Shown: positions 40,993-49,992 of the stretch, one piece after another
Position numbering within the stretch: position 1 is the first letter of the stretch
How the letters are laid out: every line of letters begins with the position of its first letter
Assembly: GCA_963850835.1 (NCBI GenBank)
Contig: CAWKNB010000021.1
Span: 8,525-72,524, forward strand
DNA from: an uncultured Actinomycetota bacterium
GTDB lineage: Bacteria; Actinomycetota; Actinomycetes; Mycobacteriales; Jatrophihabitantaceae
DNA: 64,000 nt
Direction of reading: 5' to 3'
Made by a program: the position numbers and the translations under genes
Notes under the pieces: generated by a model
Told to the model about the DNA's origin: nothing
Databases searched by the model: none
Seen by the model: only the letters and a program-made list of their open reading frames with translations

Positions 40993-41382
40993 ATGACAGC
41001 TACCGCAACCGGTTACCTGCAGCGGCCCGACTACCGCGTCGACCTGCTCCGGCGCCGCAACCGCGTCGTCGTGCGGCAGGGCGACGTGGAGCTCGCCGAC
41101 ACGAGCGCGAGCATCGTCGTCGACGAGCAGGATCACGGGCTCGTCTTCTACATCCCGGTGCAAGATGTGCGCCGCGATCTGTTGGTCGAGACCGACGACG
41201 AGTCGCGGTGCCCGTACAAGGGTGATGCCAGGTATTGGCGTCTCTCGGACGGGCGCGAGCCGGTCGCGTGGGATTACCCCGAGCCCTACGACGAGGTAGC
41301 CCGGCTGCGCGACCACATCGCCTTCTACCAGGACCGGGTCGACGTGCTCGTGGGTGTCGCCACGCCCGCCGTGTCGCGATGA
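40993..41382 (+). CDS. DUF427 protein (single domain)
   Basis: DEQDHGLVFYIP, SRCPYKGDARYW, AWDYPEP and IAFY. SD GAGGA. Confidence 0.88.
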   Translation: MTATATGYLQRPDYRVDLLRRRNRVVVRQGDVELADTSASIVVDEQDHGLVFYIPVQDVRRDLLVETDDESRCPYKGDARYWRLSDGREPVAWDYPEPYDEVARLRDHIAFYQDRVDVLVGVATPAVSR

Positions 41383-41383
41383 G

Positions 41384-41482
41384 TCAGCTGTAGCGCCGCG
41401 CGAGCGTCGCAACGACGTCCGCATCGGAACCGAGCAGCGCCGCGGACACGTAGCCGTGCCACCAGCGGCGAAGCAGCGTCAT
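41384..41482 (-). CDS. Unannotated 32-aa small protein (MTLLRRWWHGYVSAALLGSDADVVATLARRYS)
   Basis: ATG 41482 overlaps the LLM stop (ATGA). It fills the gap almost exactly and has GC3-biased codons. Confidence 0.6.
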   Translation of the reverse strand: MTLLRRWWHGYVSAALLGSDADVVATLARRYS

Positions 41483-42603
41483 CGATGCCGCCATTCGTTC
41501 GCCAGCAGCTCGTAGGAGCGCACGCGGTCGGAGTGGTCATGAGTGATCGTGGTGATCAGGAGCTCGTCGGCCTCGGTCGCGTCGCGTAGGCGCTCGAGCT
41601 GATCGGCGACATGTCGTGCGGACCCGACGAACTGCGTCTGCACCCGGTCTTCGACCAGGGCACGGTCGGCGTCCGTCCAGCGGTGGCGCCGGGCCTGCTC
41701 CGGGGTTGGGAATGCGATCGCGCCCTCGCCCGATCGGATGCTACGCACCCACAGCGGATACCCGGTGGCCAGCTCCTGAGCCGCGCCGTCGTCCTCGGCC
41801 ACCACGACATCGGCAGAGACGATCACATACGGCGCTTCGAGATCGGCCGACGGCCGGAAGGCGGCTCGGTATCCGTCGACCGCCTCGAGCACGGTCGCCG
41901 GGCTGACATGGTAGTTCGCGCCGAAGCGCAGCCCGCGTTCACCGGCAAGCACTGCGCTTTCCCCGCCGCTGCTCCCCAGGATCCACACCTGCAGTCCAGC
42001 ACCCTCGCCGGGGACGACGTGCGCCTCCTGCCCGTCCTTGACGTACCGCCCGGCGAACAGGTCGAGGATGTCACGCACCTGCTCGGTGTAGTTCTGCGGA
42101 TGCGCGTCGGGCTGCGTGAGCAGTGTCTTCTGCAGCACGAAGCGGGGTGAGGACAACAGGGCGGCCGGGGACCACTTCTTCGGAATGCGAAGACCGTTGT
42201 CGGTCCATCCGTCAACGACCCGTTCACGACCGTTGACCACCGCAGGCTCTCTGACCGGTGCCGGTTTGCCGCCGGAACGGCCCAGGCCGAGATCGAGGCG
42301 GCCGGGGTGCAGGGCGTCGATCAACCCGAATTCCTCGACCGTCGACAGGGCGGTGCGGTGACCGAGCTGGACCGCCCCTGACCCGAGCCGGATCTCGGTC
42401 GTCGCCGCGGCGGTGAGTGCCAGCACGACTGCCGGCGAGGTACCGGCGACACCCGGGTTCAGGTGATGTTCGGCGAACCAGTATCGGGTGTAGCCCTGTC
42501 GTTCGCCGTGTTGCGCGAGATCAATGCTGTTTCGCAGCGCTTCGGGCGCTGACGAGCCCGAGGAGATCGGGACGAGGTCGAGAATGCCGAGCGGTGTGTT
42601 CAT
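41479..42603 (-). CDS. LLM-class luciferase-like monooxygenase (CmoO/YhbW-like)
   Basis: ILDLVPI, YWFAEHH, IRLGSGAVQL, GRLDLGLGRS and WILGSSG. Confidence 0.9.
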   Translation of the reverse strand: MNTPLGILDLVPISSGSSAPEALRNSIDLAQHGERQGYTRYWFAEHHLNPGVAGTSPAVVLALTAAATTEIRLGSGAVQLGHRTALSTVEEFGLIDALHPGRLDLGLGRSGGKPAPVREPAVVNGRERVVDGWTDNGLRIPKKWSPAALLSSPRFVLQKTLLTQPDAHPQNYTEQVRDILDLFAGRYVKDGQEAHVVPGEGAGLQVWILGSSGGESAVLAGERGLRFGANYHVSPATVLEAVDGYRAAFRPSADLEAPYVIVSADVVVAEDDGAAQELATGYPLWVRSIRSGEGAIAFPTPEQARRHRWTDADRALVEDRVQTQFVGSARHVADQLERLRDATEADELLITTITHDHSDRVRSYELLANEWRHR

Positions 42604-42625
42604 GCGAATGCTCCGGTCAGGTATT

Positions 42626-44003
42626 TCACGAAGCCACCCCGGTGGCGGTGCGGACGGCCGGCAACGGCGCGAGGCCGAGGTGATCGCGAAGTGTCGTGCC
42701 GGTGTAGTCGGTGCGGAAGCTGCCCCGTTCCTGCAGCAACGGGACGACGGTGTCGGCGAATTCGTCCAGGCCGCCGGGAGTGATGTGCGGGACGAGGATG
42801 AATCCGTCGCTCGCGTCCTCCTGGACGAACCGGTCGATGGTGTCTGCCACGGTCGCGGGAGTACCGATGAACGACTGCCGGCCGGTGACCTCGACGATGA
42901 GTTCGCGGCTGGTCAGATTCTGCGCCTCGGCCTTGGCGCGCCACTCGTTGGCCGTCGCGATCGGATCACGGTGCATGCGGACGCTGGCCCGTCCCTTCGC
43001 GATGGTGTTCTCCCCGACGACCGGATCGACCACCGGCAGCGGCCCGTCCGGATCGTGATCGGAAAGGTCGCGGTTCCACAGCTGTTCGAGGAACTTGATC
43101 GCGGTCGCCGGGCTGACCTGCTGCAGGCGTATCTCGCGCGCCTTGTCGGCCGCATCGCGTTCGGAGTCGACCGAGGACGAACGTCGCGGCGGGCAGGATC
43201 TTGAGTTCGTCAGGCTTGCGACCGTAGCGGGGCAGGCGGCTCTTGAGGTCTCGATAGAAGGCCTTGCCGTCACTGAACGTCGAGTGCCGGCTGAAGATCG
43301 CATCGGCACTGGACGCGGCGAATTCCCGGCCCTCGTTCGAGTCACCGGCCTGGAAGATGACCGGATGGCCCTGTGGGCTGCGTGGCACCGGGAACTGCCC
43401 GGAGATGTCGAAGTGCGCGTCGTGATGCTCGAACGTGCCGGCAAGACCGTCGGTCAGGAATCGGCCCGATGCCTTGTCCGCGACGACCTCGTCACCGTGC
43501 CAGGAATCCCAGAGCTCGATCGCGGTCTGCAGGAACGTCCTGGCCCGCTCGTAGCGGTCCTCCTCGGCCAGGAAACCGCCGCGGCGGAAGTTCTCTCCGG
43601 TGAACGCGTCCCAGGAGGTCACGACGTTCCAGGCAGCCCGGCCGGCCGACAGGTGATCCAGCGTGGCGAACTGCCGAGCCACCTCGAACGGCTCGTTGAA
43701 CGTGGAATTGATCGTGCCGGCCAGGCCGAGCCGCTCGGTCACCGCGGCGAGCGCGGACAGGATCGCGAACGTGTCCGGACGGCCGACCACATCCAGGTCG
43801 TAGATCCGACCGCCCTGCTCGCGCAGGCGCAGTCCCTCGGCGAGGAACAGGAAGTCGAACTTCGCCCGCTCCGCGGTCTGCGCGAATTGCTGGAACGAGC
43901 TGAATTCGATGTGACTGCCCGCCGCCGGGTCGCTCCATACCGTGGTGTTGTTGACCCCCGGGAAGTGCGCAGCGAGATGGATCTGCTTGCCGGCCCTGCT
44001 CAT
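42626..44003 (-). CDS. NtaA/DmoA/DszA-family FMN-dependent monooxygenase, frameshift ~43170
   Basis: IHLAAHFPG, AERAKFDFLFLAEGL, PRSPQGHPVIFQAGDS and, after the shift, LQERGSFRTDYTGTTLRDHLGL. Confidence 0.9.
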
Positions 44004-44034
44004 GCATGTCCTCCGGTGCGTTCGGGTCGCCGGT

Positions 44035-45232
44035 TCATGCGGCGTAACGGTTTGACGGCCGCGGCAACCCGAGCCGACCGCGCAGGGTGTCGGACCCGTA
44101 CGCGGTGCGGAACGCGCCACGGCGTTGCAGCTCGGGGATCAGCGACCGGGTGATCCTCGTCAGGTCATCAGGAATCGCGGCCGGTCGCAGCCGAAATCCG
44201 GACAGGCCGACGTGCTGCCACTCCTGCAGCAGATCGGCCAGCTCGGCCGCGGTGCCGGCGAAGATCAGGGCATCGCTGCGGTATTCCCCGCCCGCCGTGT
44301 CGTCCAGGCGACGCAGCCGAGCGCGTGCGGCCGTCGACGTGTCACCCAGGATCACGACGAGATCGCCCCATACGTGCAGGCGCTGGCCCGACCGACCGGC
44401 GGCAGCTGTCTCCCGGCGGATCTCGGTCACGATGTCGCGGGCACTGTCGGCGTTGTCCGGGGTGACGAACACCAGATCAGCGGATGTGGCGGCCAGCCGG
44501 TAGGGGATCGCCTGGTGCGCCAGGAGGCTCACGATCGGTTGGCCCTGCGGCGGCCGTGGCGTGATCGAGGGCCCGCGGACGCTGAACCTCGGCCCGTCGA
44601 AGTCGATGTAGTGCAACTTGTCGATGTCGATGAACCGGCCGGTGCCGGCGTCGCGGATCTCGGCGTCGTCCTCCCAACTGTCCCAGAGCCGGCGAACGAC
44701 CTCCACCCAGTCGCGGGCCTCGTCGAACAGCTCCTCGATCAAACGCTGCGATCTCGGGCCGGTCGCGTTCGGCGTAGCCGAACCTGGGGATCGTTCGGCG
44801 ACCGAAGTGCGCTGCCTCGTGGGCGCGGGCCGAGACCTGCACGCGGACTCCGGCCCGGCCGCCGCTGACGTAGTCGAGCGTCGCGACCGCCTTGGAGAGG
44901 TGAAACGGCTCGGTGTGCGTGACGACGGCAGTGGGAACCAAGCCGATGTGACGGGTCAACGGAGCCACTCGGTTCGCCACCAGCACCGCGTCCAACCGGC
45001 CGCGCACACGATCGGTCCGCGGCTGGGGGCCGGACCAGTGGCCGGTCTGCAGACCGAGCGAGTCCTCGATGGTGACGATGTCGAGCAGCCCGGCTTCTGC
45101 CTCGCCGACCAGATCCGCCCAGTAACCGGCCGTGAACAACTCATCAGGACGGGCCGCCGGCTCGCGCCACGCGGCCGGGTGCCAGCCGGCGCCGTCCAGC
45201 GCCACAGCCAGATGGAACGGATCGCTAGGCAT
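44035..45232 (-). CDS. LLM-class FMNH2-dependent monooxygenase (DszA-like), frameshift ~44744
   Basis: HLAVALDGAGWHPAAWR, TEPFHLSKAVATLDYVSGGRAG, WDSWEDDAEIRD, PRPPQGQP and TLRGRLGL. Confidence 0.88.
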
Positions 45233-45285
45233 GTGTGGCTCCTCGACGTCGACGCAGCGCTACCGATGCTGCAAGGGAATAGTCT

Positions 45286-45304
45286 TGTCCATTATTCCGC
45301 TAGG
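45286..45304. promoter_or_regulatory. Palindromic operator copy B (reverse: CCTA-N9-TGGACA)
   Basis: TGTCCATTATTCCGCTAGG, in the divergent region between the LLM and FMN reductase genes. Confidence 0.65.
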
Positions 45305-45364
45305 TAACATATGCATTGCTGATTTCCCTTGGTTCATCGACCTGCGGACAGGAGGACGACCGTT

Positions 45365-45871
45365 GTGAGCACCGCCGTCGTGGTCGGCAATCCGAAGCCG
45401 CAATCGCGCACGTTGCAGGCTGCTGTGCTCGTCGTCGAACGCCTGACCGGGTCCGCGCCCGACCTGGTCGTCGATCTGGTCGGACTCGGTGCCGACCTGC
45501 TCGACGGGAACAACCCTCGCGTGGCCGGCCTCGTCGAGTCCGTGGGTTCCGCGGAGCTGGTCGTGTTCGCGAGCCCGACCTACAAAGCCACCTTCACCGG
45601 CCTGTTGAAGCTCTTCCTCGAACGGTACGGCGCCGGCTCCCTCGCGGCGATGACGGCGATCCCGCTCATGCTCGGCGGCGATCTGCGCCATTCGCTGGCG
45701 CCGGAGGCGTTCCTCAAACCGGTCCTTGCCGAGCTGGGGGCAAGCACGCCCACCCGTGGGCTGTTCCTTCTCGACTCGGACTTCACCGACTCCGAAGCGC
45801 TGCGCTCGTGGCTCGACCTGGCCCGTCGGCAATTGCCGCAGCACCTGCTCGATCCTGCCGGGGCGACGTGA
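45365..45871 (+). CDS. NAD(P)H-dependent FMN reductase (SsuE-like)
   Basis: VVGNPKPQSRT and FASPTYKATFTGLLKLFLE. SD AGGAGG. Confidence 0.9.
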   Translation: MSTAVVVGNPKPQSRTLQAAVLVVERLTGSAPDLVVDLVGLGADLLDGNNPRVAGLVESVGSAELVVFASPTYKATFTGLLKLFLERYGAGSLAAMTAIPLMLGGDLRHSLAPEAFLKPVLAELGASTPTRGLFLLDSDFTDSEALRSWLDLARRQLPQHLLDPAGAT

Positions 45872-46356
45872 GCCGCCCCTCCGTTCTCGATCCCATGCGA
45901 TTACGCGAGGCGTTCAGCACCTTCCCGTCCGGTGTCACCGCGGTGGCTGCGCTCGTCGGCGGCGCCCCCGTCGGCTTGGCAGCGAGTTCGTTCACCTCGG
46001 TCTCCCTGGATCCGCCGCTGGTGTCCGTGTGCATTGCACACATCTCCACCACGTGGCCGGTGCTTCGCGCCGCCGGGATGTTCGGCCTGAGCGTGCTCTC
46101 CGCTGATCAGGAACAGGCCTGTCGGCAGCTGTCCGCTCCCAGCACCGATCGGTTCGCCGATCTCGACTGGCACTCGACCGCGGCGGGTGCCGTGCTGCTC
46201 GACGGCGCGACGGCGTGGTTGGAGTGCAGCATCGAGGCCGAGCACCGGGCCGGCGATCACGACATCGTCGTGCTCGGGGTGCACGACCACCGCGCCGACC
46301 ACGACATCCATCCACTCGTGTTCCACGGCCGGCGGTTCCGGCGGCTGGCACCATGA
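45868..46356 (+). CDS. Flavin reductase (DszD/HpaC-like)
   Basis: LREAFSTFPSGV, SSFTSVSLDPPLV and AGDHDIV; GTGA overlap. Confidence 0.92.
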   Translation: MSRPSVLDPMRLREAFSTFPSGVTAVAALVGGAPVGLAASSFTSVSLDPPLVSVCIAHISTTWPVLRAAGMFGLSVLSADQEQACRQLSAPSTDRFADLDWHSTAAGAVLLDGATAWLECSIEAEHRAGDHDIVVLGVHDHRADHDIHPLVFHGRRFRRLAP

Positions 46357-47240
46357 CCACGGTCGAGTCGAGATTCGCGAGCCCGATCGATGCCGCCGCG
46401 TTCGGGGAGCATCGCGTGGCCCCGGCCCGGCCCGGTGCTCGCAGGTGGCGATTCACCGCACGGATCGTCGACGACGGCACGGCGAACGGTCTGCTGACGT
46501 CGTCGCGGTATCACCTCTACGCCGGCTGGTTCTGCCCCGGTTCACACCGCGCCACCATCGTGCGAGCTCTCGCCGGACTCGGCGCGATGATCTCCGTCAG
46601 CTACGTCGACCCCATGCGTGACGCCCGGGGATGGGCATTCCGAGAACGCACGGGCCCGGACGAGGTCAACGGATTCACCCTGCTTCGCGACGCCTACGAG
46701 GCATCGGACCCCGGCTACGACGGTGTCGTGACGGTGCCGGCGCTGTGGGACCGCCGCGACGGGCGCATCGTCACCAACGATCCGGATCTGATCGACATCG
46801 ACCTGGCCACCGCGCTGCCGGCCGCCGCCACCGTCGACCTCTACCCGCACGCGTTGCGCGCAGCCATCGACACCGCGCAGGCGGAGATCGCCAATCTCCG
46901 CAAGACGATCACCCGAGCGGTGTATCTGGACTCGGCCAAAGTGGAGCTGCGCAGTCAGCTGCGGGCGTTCGACACCCGCGTCGAGCGTCACCCGTACCTG
47001 CTGGGAGACCGCCTCACGCTCGCCGATATCCGATTGTGGGTGTTGCTCGTCCGCTACGACGCGGGTCCGAACGCGACCGGTGCGGCAGGGCCGCGCCTGA
47101 GTGCGTTCACGAACCTCTGGGCGTACGCGCGAGCCCTGTACGCGTTCCCCGCGTTCCGCGACACCACCGACTTCGACTCCTTCACCGCCCCGCTCACACC
47201 GCTTCTCGACTGGACCCTGCCGGCGACCCGTAAGGAGTGA
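46353..47240 (+). CDS. Xi/omega-class GST-fold protein (glutathionyl-hydroquinone reductase-like)
   Basis: RYHLY...CPGSHR, GWAF...GPDEVNG, TVPALWD and LTLADIRLWVLLVRYD; ATGA overlap. Confidence 0.82.
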   Translation: MTTVESRFASPIDAAAFGEHRVAPARPGARRWRFTARIVDDGTANGLLTSSRYHLYAGWFCPGSHRATIVRALAGLGAMISVSYVDPMRDARGWAFRERTGPDEVNGFTLLRDAYEASDPGYDGVVTVPALWDRRDGRIVTNDPDLIDIDLATALPAAATVDLYPHALRAAIDTAQAEIANLRKTITRAVYLDSAKVELRSQLRAFDTRVERHPYLLGDRLTLADIRLWVLLVRYDAGPNATGAAGPRLSAFTNLWAYARALYAFPAFRDTTDFDSFTAPLTPLLDWTLPATRKE

Positions 47241-47241
47241 G

Positions 47242-47757
47242 ATGGAGACCTGGGATGCGATTCGTGCGCGTCGAAACGTTCGTGACTATGCGCCCGACTC
47301 GGTACCCGCCGACGATCTGTCACGCATCCTCGAAGCGGGCTGGCGGGCCCCGTCGGCGGCGAACCGCCAGCACTGGGACTTCGTGCTCGTCACCGATCGT
47401 CAACAGCTGGGCGAGTTGGCCACGGTGTGGCAGGGAGCACGCCACATCGCTGATGCCGCGGCGGCGATCGCTCTCGTCGTACCCGAACCGGGCGATGATC
47501 GGACCCGGGTCATCGATCAGTACGACCTCGGTCAGGCGACGTACGCGATGATCCTCGCTGCGACTGATCTGGGCATCGGGACCGGGCACTCGTCGGTGGG
47601 CGACCAGGACCGGGCACGCGCGATTCTCGGCGTCCCGGAGCGTCACATGGTGTCGTTCTTGATCGGCGTCGGATACCCGGCCGGTCGGCCTCTGCGTCCC
47701 ATCGCCACGCCGGACCGCCGGCCCTTCGACGACGTGGTCCACCGCGGCCGCTGGTGA
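47242..47757 (+). CDS. Nitroreductase-family protein
   Basis: IRARRNVRDY, APSAANRQHWDF and LAATDLGIGT. SD AAGGAG. Confidence 0.9.
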   Translation: METWDAIRARRNVRDYAPDSVPADDLSRILEAGWRAPSAANRQHWDFVLVTDRQQLGELATVWQGARHIADAAAAIALVVPEPGDDRTRVIDQYDLGQATYAMILAATDLGIGTGHSSVGDQDRARAILGVPERHMVSFLIGVGYPAGRPLRPIATPDRRPFDDVVHRGRW

Positions 47758-47770
47758 GCAGCCTCATTCG

Positions 47771-48674
47771 TCAGGCGCCGACTTCCCGGGGCCCGACGGG
47801 AATGTCGCCGCGCAGGGTGATGCGGTGCATGACGCGACGGAAGTCGGCGTAGTTGAAGTCGGCGTAGTGGGCGGTGCTGCGGTTGTCCCACATGACGACG
47901 TCACCGGGCTGCCACCGGTGCCGGACCATGTGTTCGGGCTTGGTGACGTGCGCAAAGAAGGCGTCGAGCAGACCGCGGCTCTCCGCGTCACTCACGTCGC
48001 GGATGCGGGTCGTGAAGCCGGGATTCACGAACAGTGAGCGTCGTCCTGTCTCAGGATGGACACGCACGACCGGATGAGGGACGGGCTTGAGCTGACGTAC
48101 GGGTTCGCCATCCCACTCGTTGCCCTCGCCGCCACGTCGCTGCTCGAGGTAGTCGGCGAACTCGCGGCTGCCGTCGTGTTCGGCGGTGAGTTGATCCGCG
48201 AGCTCACGCATCGCGGGATGCAGCGAGTCGTAGGCGGCCTCGAGGTCGACCCAGTTCGTGTTCCCGCCTACGGTCGGGATGTTCACGGCGCGCAGGATCG
48301 ATGCCATCGGTGGACGCGGCATGAACGTCACGTCGGTGTGCCACACGTCCGAGCGGCCGCCGTCGAGGCTGTCGAGTTCGTACACCTCGGGATGGTCGGG
48401 TGTCGCGCCCGCAACGACGGGATGCGACACCGTTACTTCACCGATGGCCCGGCCGAGTTCGATCTGGCTGTCGTCGTCGAGGTCCTGTGCGGAGAAGAAC
48501 AGCACCTTGTGCTCGGCGAGCAGATCGCGCAGCGCTCGCGGCATCGCCCTGCGCCACGACGTCACGTAGATCGACTCTGCGGATGCGGGCGGCGAACGAC
48601 GGGACCAGTCGCTCGATCGACCATGTCGACGCTCGGGTCGGTTCGCCGACATCGGTCGTGTGGATGGCGGTCAC
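47771..48674 (-). CDS. tauD: TauD/TfdA-family 2OG-dependent dioxygenase, frameshift ~48545
   Basis: EHKVLFF, WHTDV (HxD), HPVVRVHPETGR, WDNRSTAH and RVMHR. The N-terminus is in the 48438..48674 frame. Confidence 0.88.
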
Positions 48675-48690
48675 AACTCACCTCGCAGGT

Positions 48691-48719
48691 TTGACTTCGC
48701 TTATGTCTACAGAGATTAT
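48691..48719 (+). promoter_or_regulatory. Sigma70-type promoter TTGACT-N17-GATTAT, predicting a leaderless start at GTG 48727
   Basis: -35 at 48691-48696 and -10 at 48714-48719, with a 7-nt spacer to the GTG. Confidence 0.6.
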
Positions 48720-48725
48720 AGACAT
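48703..48725. promoter_or_regulatory. Palindromic operator copy C (perfect ATGTCTA-N9-TAGACAT)
   Basis: ATGTCTACAGAGATTATAGACAT overlaps the -10, in the divergent tauD / ABC region. Confidence 0.8.
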
Positions 48726-48726
48726 T

Positions 48727-48804
48727 GTGAGTGAGACTCGGCGCCGGAGCGGCTGCGGTTGTCCGCGTCGGCAGATCGGCGCGGCCTTGGGCTGTCGACG
48801 CTGA
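48727..48804 (+). CDS. Putative leaderless Cys-containing leader peptide (MSETRRRSGCGCPRRQIGAALGCRR)
   Basis: 25 aa with 3 Cys, starting at the predicted TSS. Its stop lies inside the hairpin at 48800-48837. Confidence 0.65.
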   Translation: MSETRRRSGCGCPRRQIGAALGCRR

Positions 48805-48899
48805 TCAGGAGCAGTTCTCCTCACACCTTCGATCAGCTGTGCAGTGGGTGCCGCACCCGCGCCCAATGAATTCGCAAACTCCCACGGAGGAACCCGTCC

Positions 48900-49992
48900 A
48901 TGCGCAACTCGTCAACCAGAGCGTTCGCCTCGTCCGGCCGAGCGAGACTGATGCAGGTGGCCGCGCTCGCCAGCACAGCGATGTTGGCGCTCGCGGGATG
49001 CAGCTCGTCCGGTTCGGGCGGCGGCGGCGCTGGTGGAGGTGGCGGAACCGAGGTCGGTGTCGGCTACTTCGAGAGCGCGACGATCGGTCCCGAGGTGCTC
49101 GTGGCCGGCAACGCCGACCTTGCCGGCAAGGTCGGCGGCAAGCTCAAGCTCACGCCGATCGACTCGGGCGTCACCGGTCTCGCGTCGCTGCGCGGCGGCG
49201 CCTTCCCGTTCGCGTCCGGCGTCGGCAACCCGCCGGTCACGGGCGCCATCGCCAACGACACCAAGCTCAAGGTGGTCTTCGCCGAGTACTACGACGCCGC
49301 CCAGCTCATCGTCGGGTCGAAGATCAAGGCAAACGCCGACCTGGCCGGCAAGACGGTCGGTGACCTCCAAGGCTCGTCCGAGGACTACGAGATCCGCGGT
49401 TGGTTGAAGACGCAGGGGCTCGACGGCAAGGTCAAGGTCGTCGGCTTCCCCAGCGAGCAGGCCGTCGAGGCCGCATACAAGTCCGGCCGCATCGACGGCG
49501 GTTACGTCGAGATCGCCCAGGCGCAGGAACTGTTGAAGAACACCGTCGAACCGCACCGTGGTCACGGCCCAGCAGATCGCCAAGCTCGGCTACGCCTCAC
49601 TCAACGTGTTGGTGGTCACCGACGCGTTCGCAAGCAAGAACAAGACGATCGTGCAGAACCTGGTGTGCCAGATGATCAAGGCGCAGGCGAAGGTCGCCGG
49701 TTCCGACGGCGACACCTACATCACCAATGGCTCCAAGCTCGTCGGCGCGACACCTGCGACGGCCATCGCCGCCACCAAGGGCCTGCCGTTCGTGTCGGCG
49801 CAGGACCAGCTGACGTGGTTCGGCACCTCCAAGGATGCGTCGAACAGCAAGATCGCCGACTCCTACGTCAAGACCGGTCAGTTCCTCAAGGAGCAGGGCC
49901 GCGTCACGAGCGTCCCGACGAAGGCACAGATCGGTGCGCACATCGACCCGACCTACGTTCAGCAGGCGGTCAAGGACGGCTGCGGCTCGTGA
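48900..49992 (+). CDS. Taurine/sulfonate ABC substrate-binding lipoprotein (TauA-like), frameshift ~49550
   Basis: Lipobox LAGC, LRGGAFPFASGVGNPP and DLAGKTVG, continuing in the 49558 frame. SD GGAGG. Confidence 0.82.

Noticed and set aside
45316-46356. 346-aa ORF suggesting an extended flavin reductase; likewise 22139-23668, 23714-24865, 1477-3069 and 32045-32932
   Set aside because: The N-terminal extensions are off-frame overlaps of upstream genes. SD or overlap-supported internal starts explain the real proteins.
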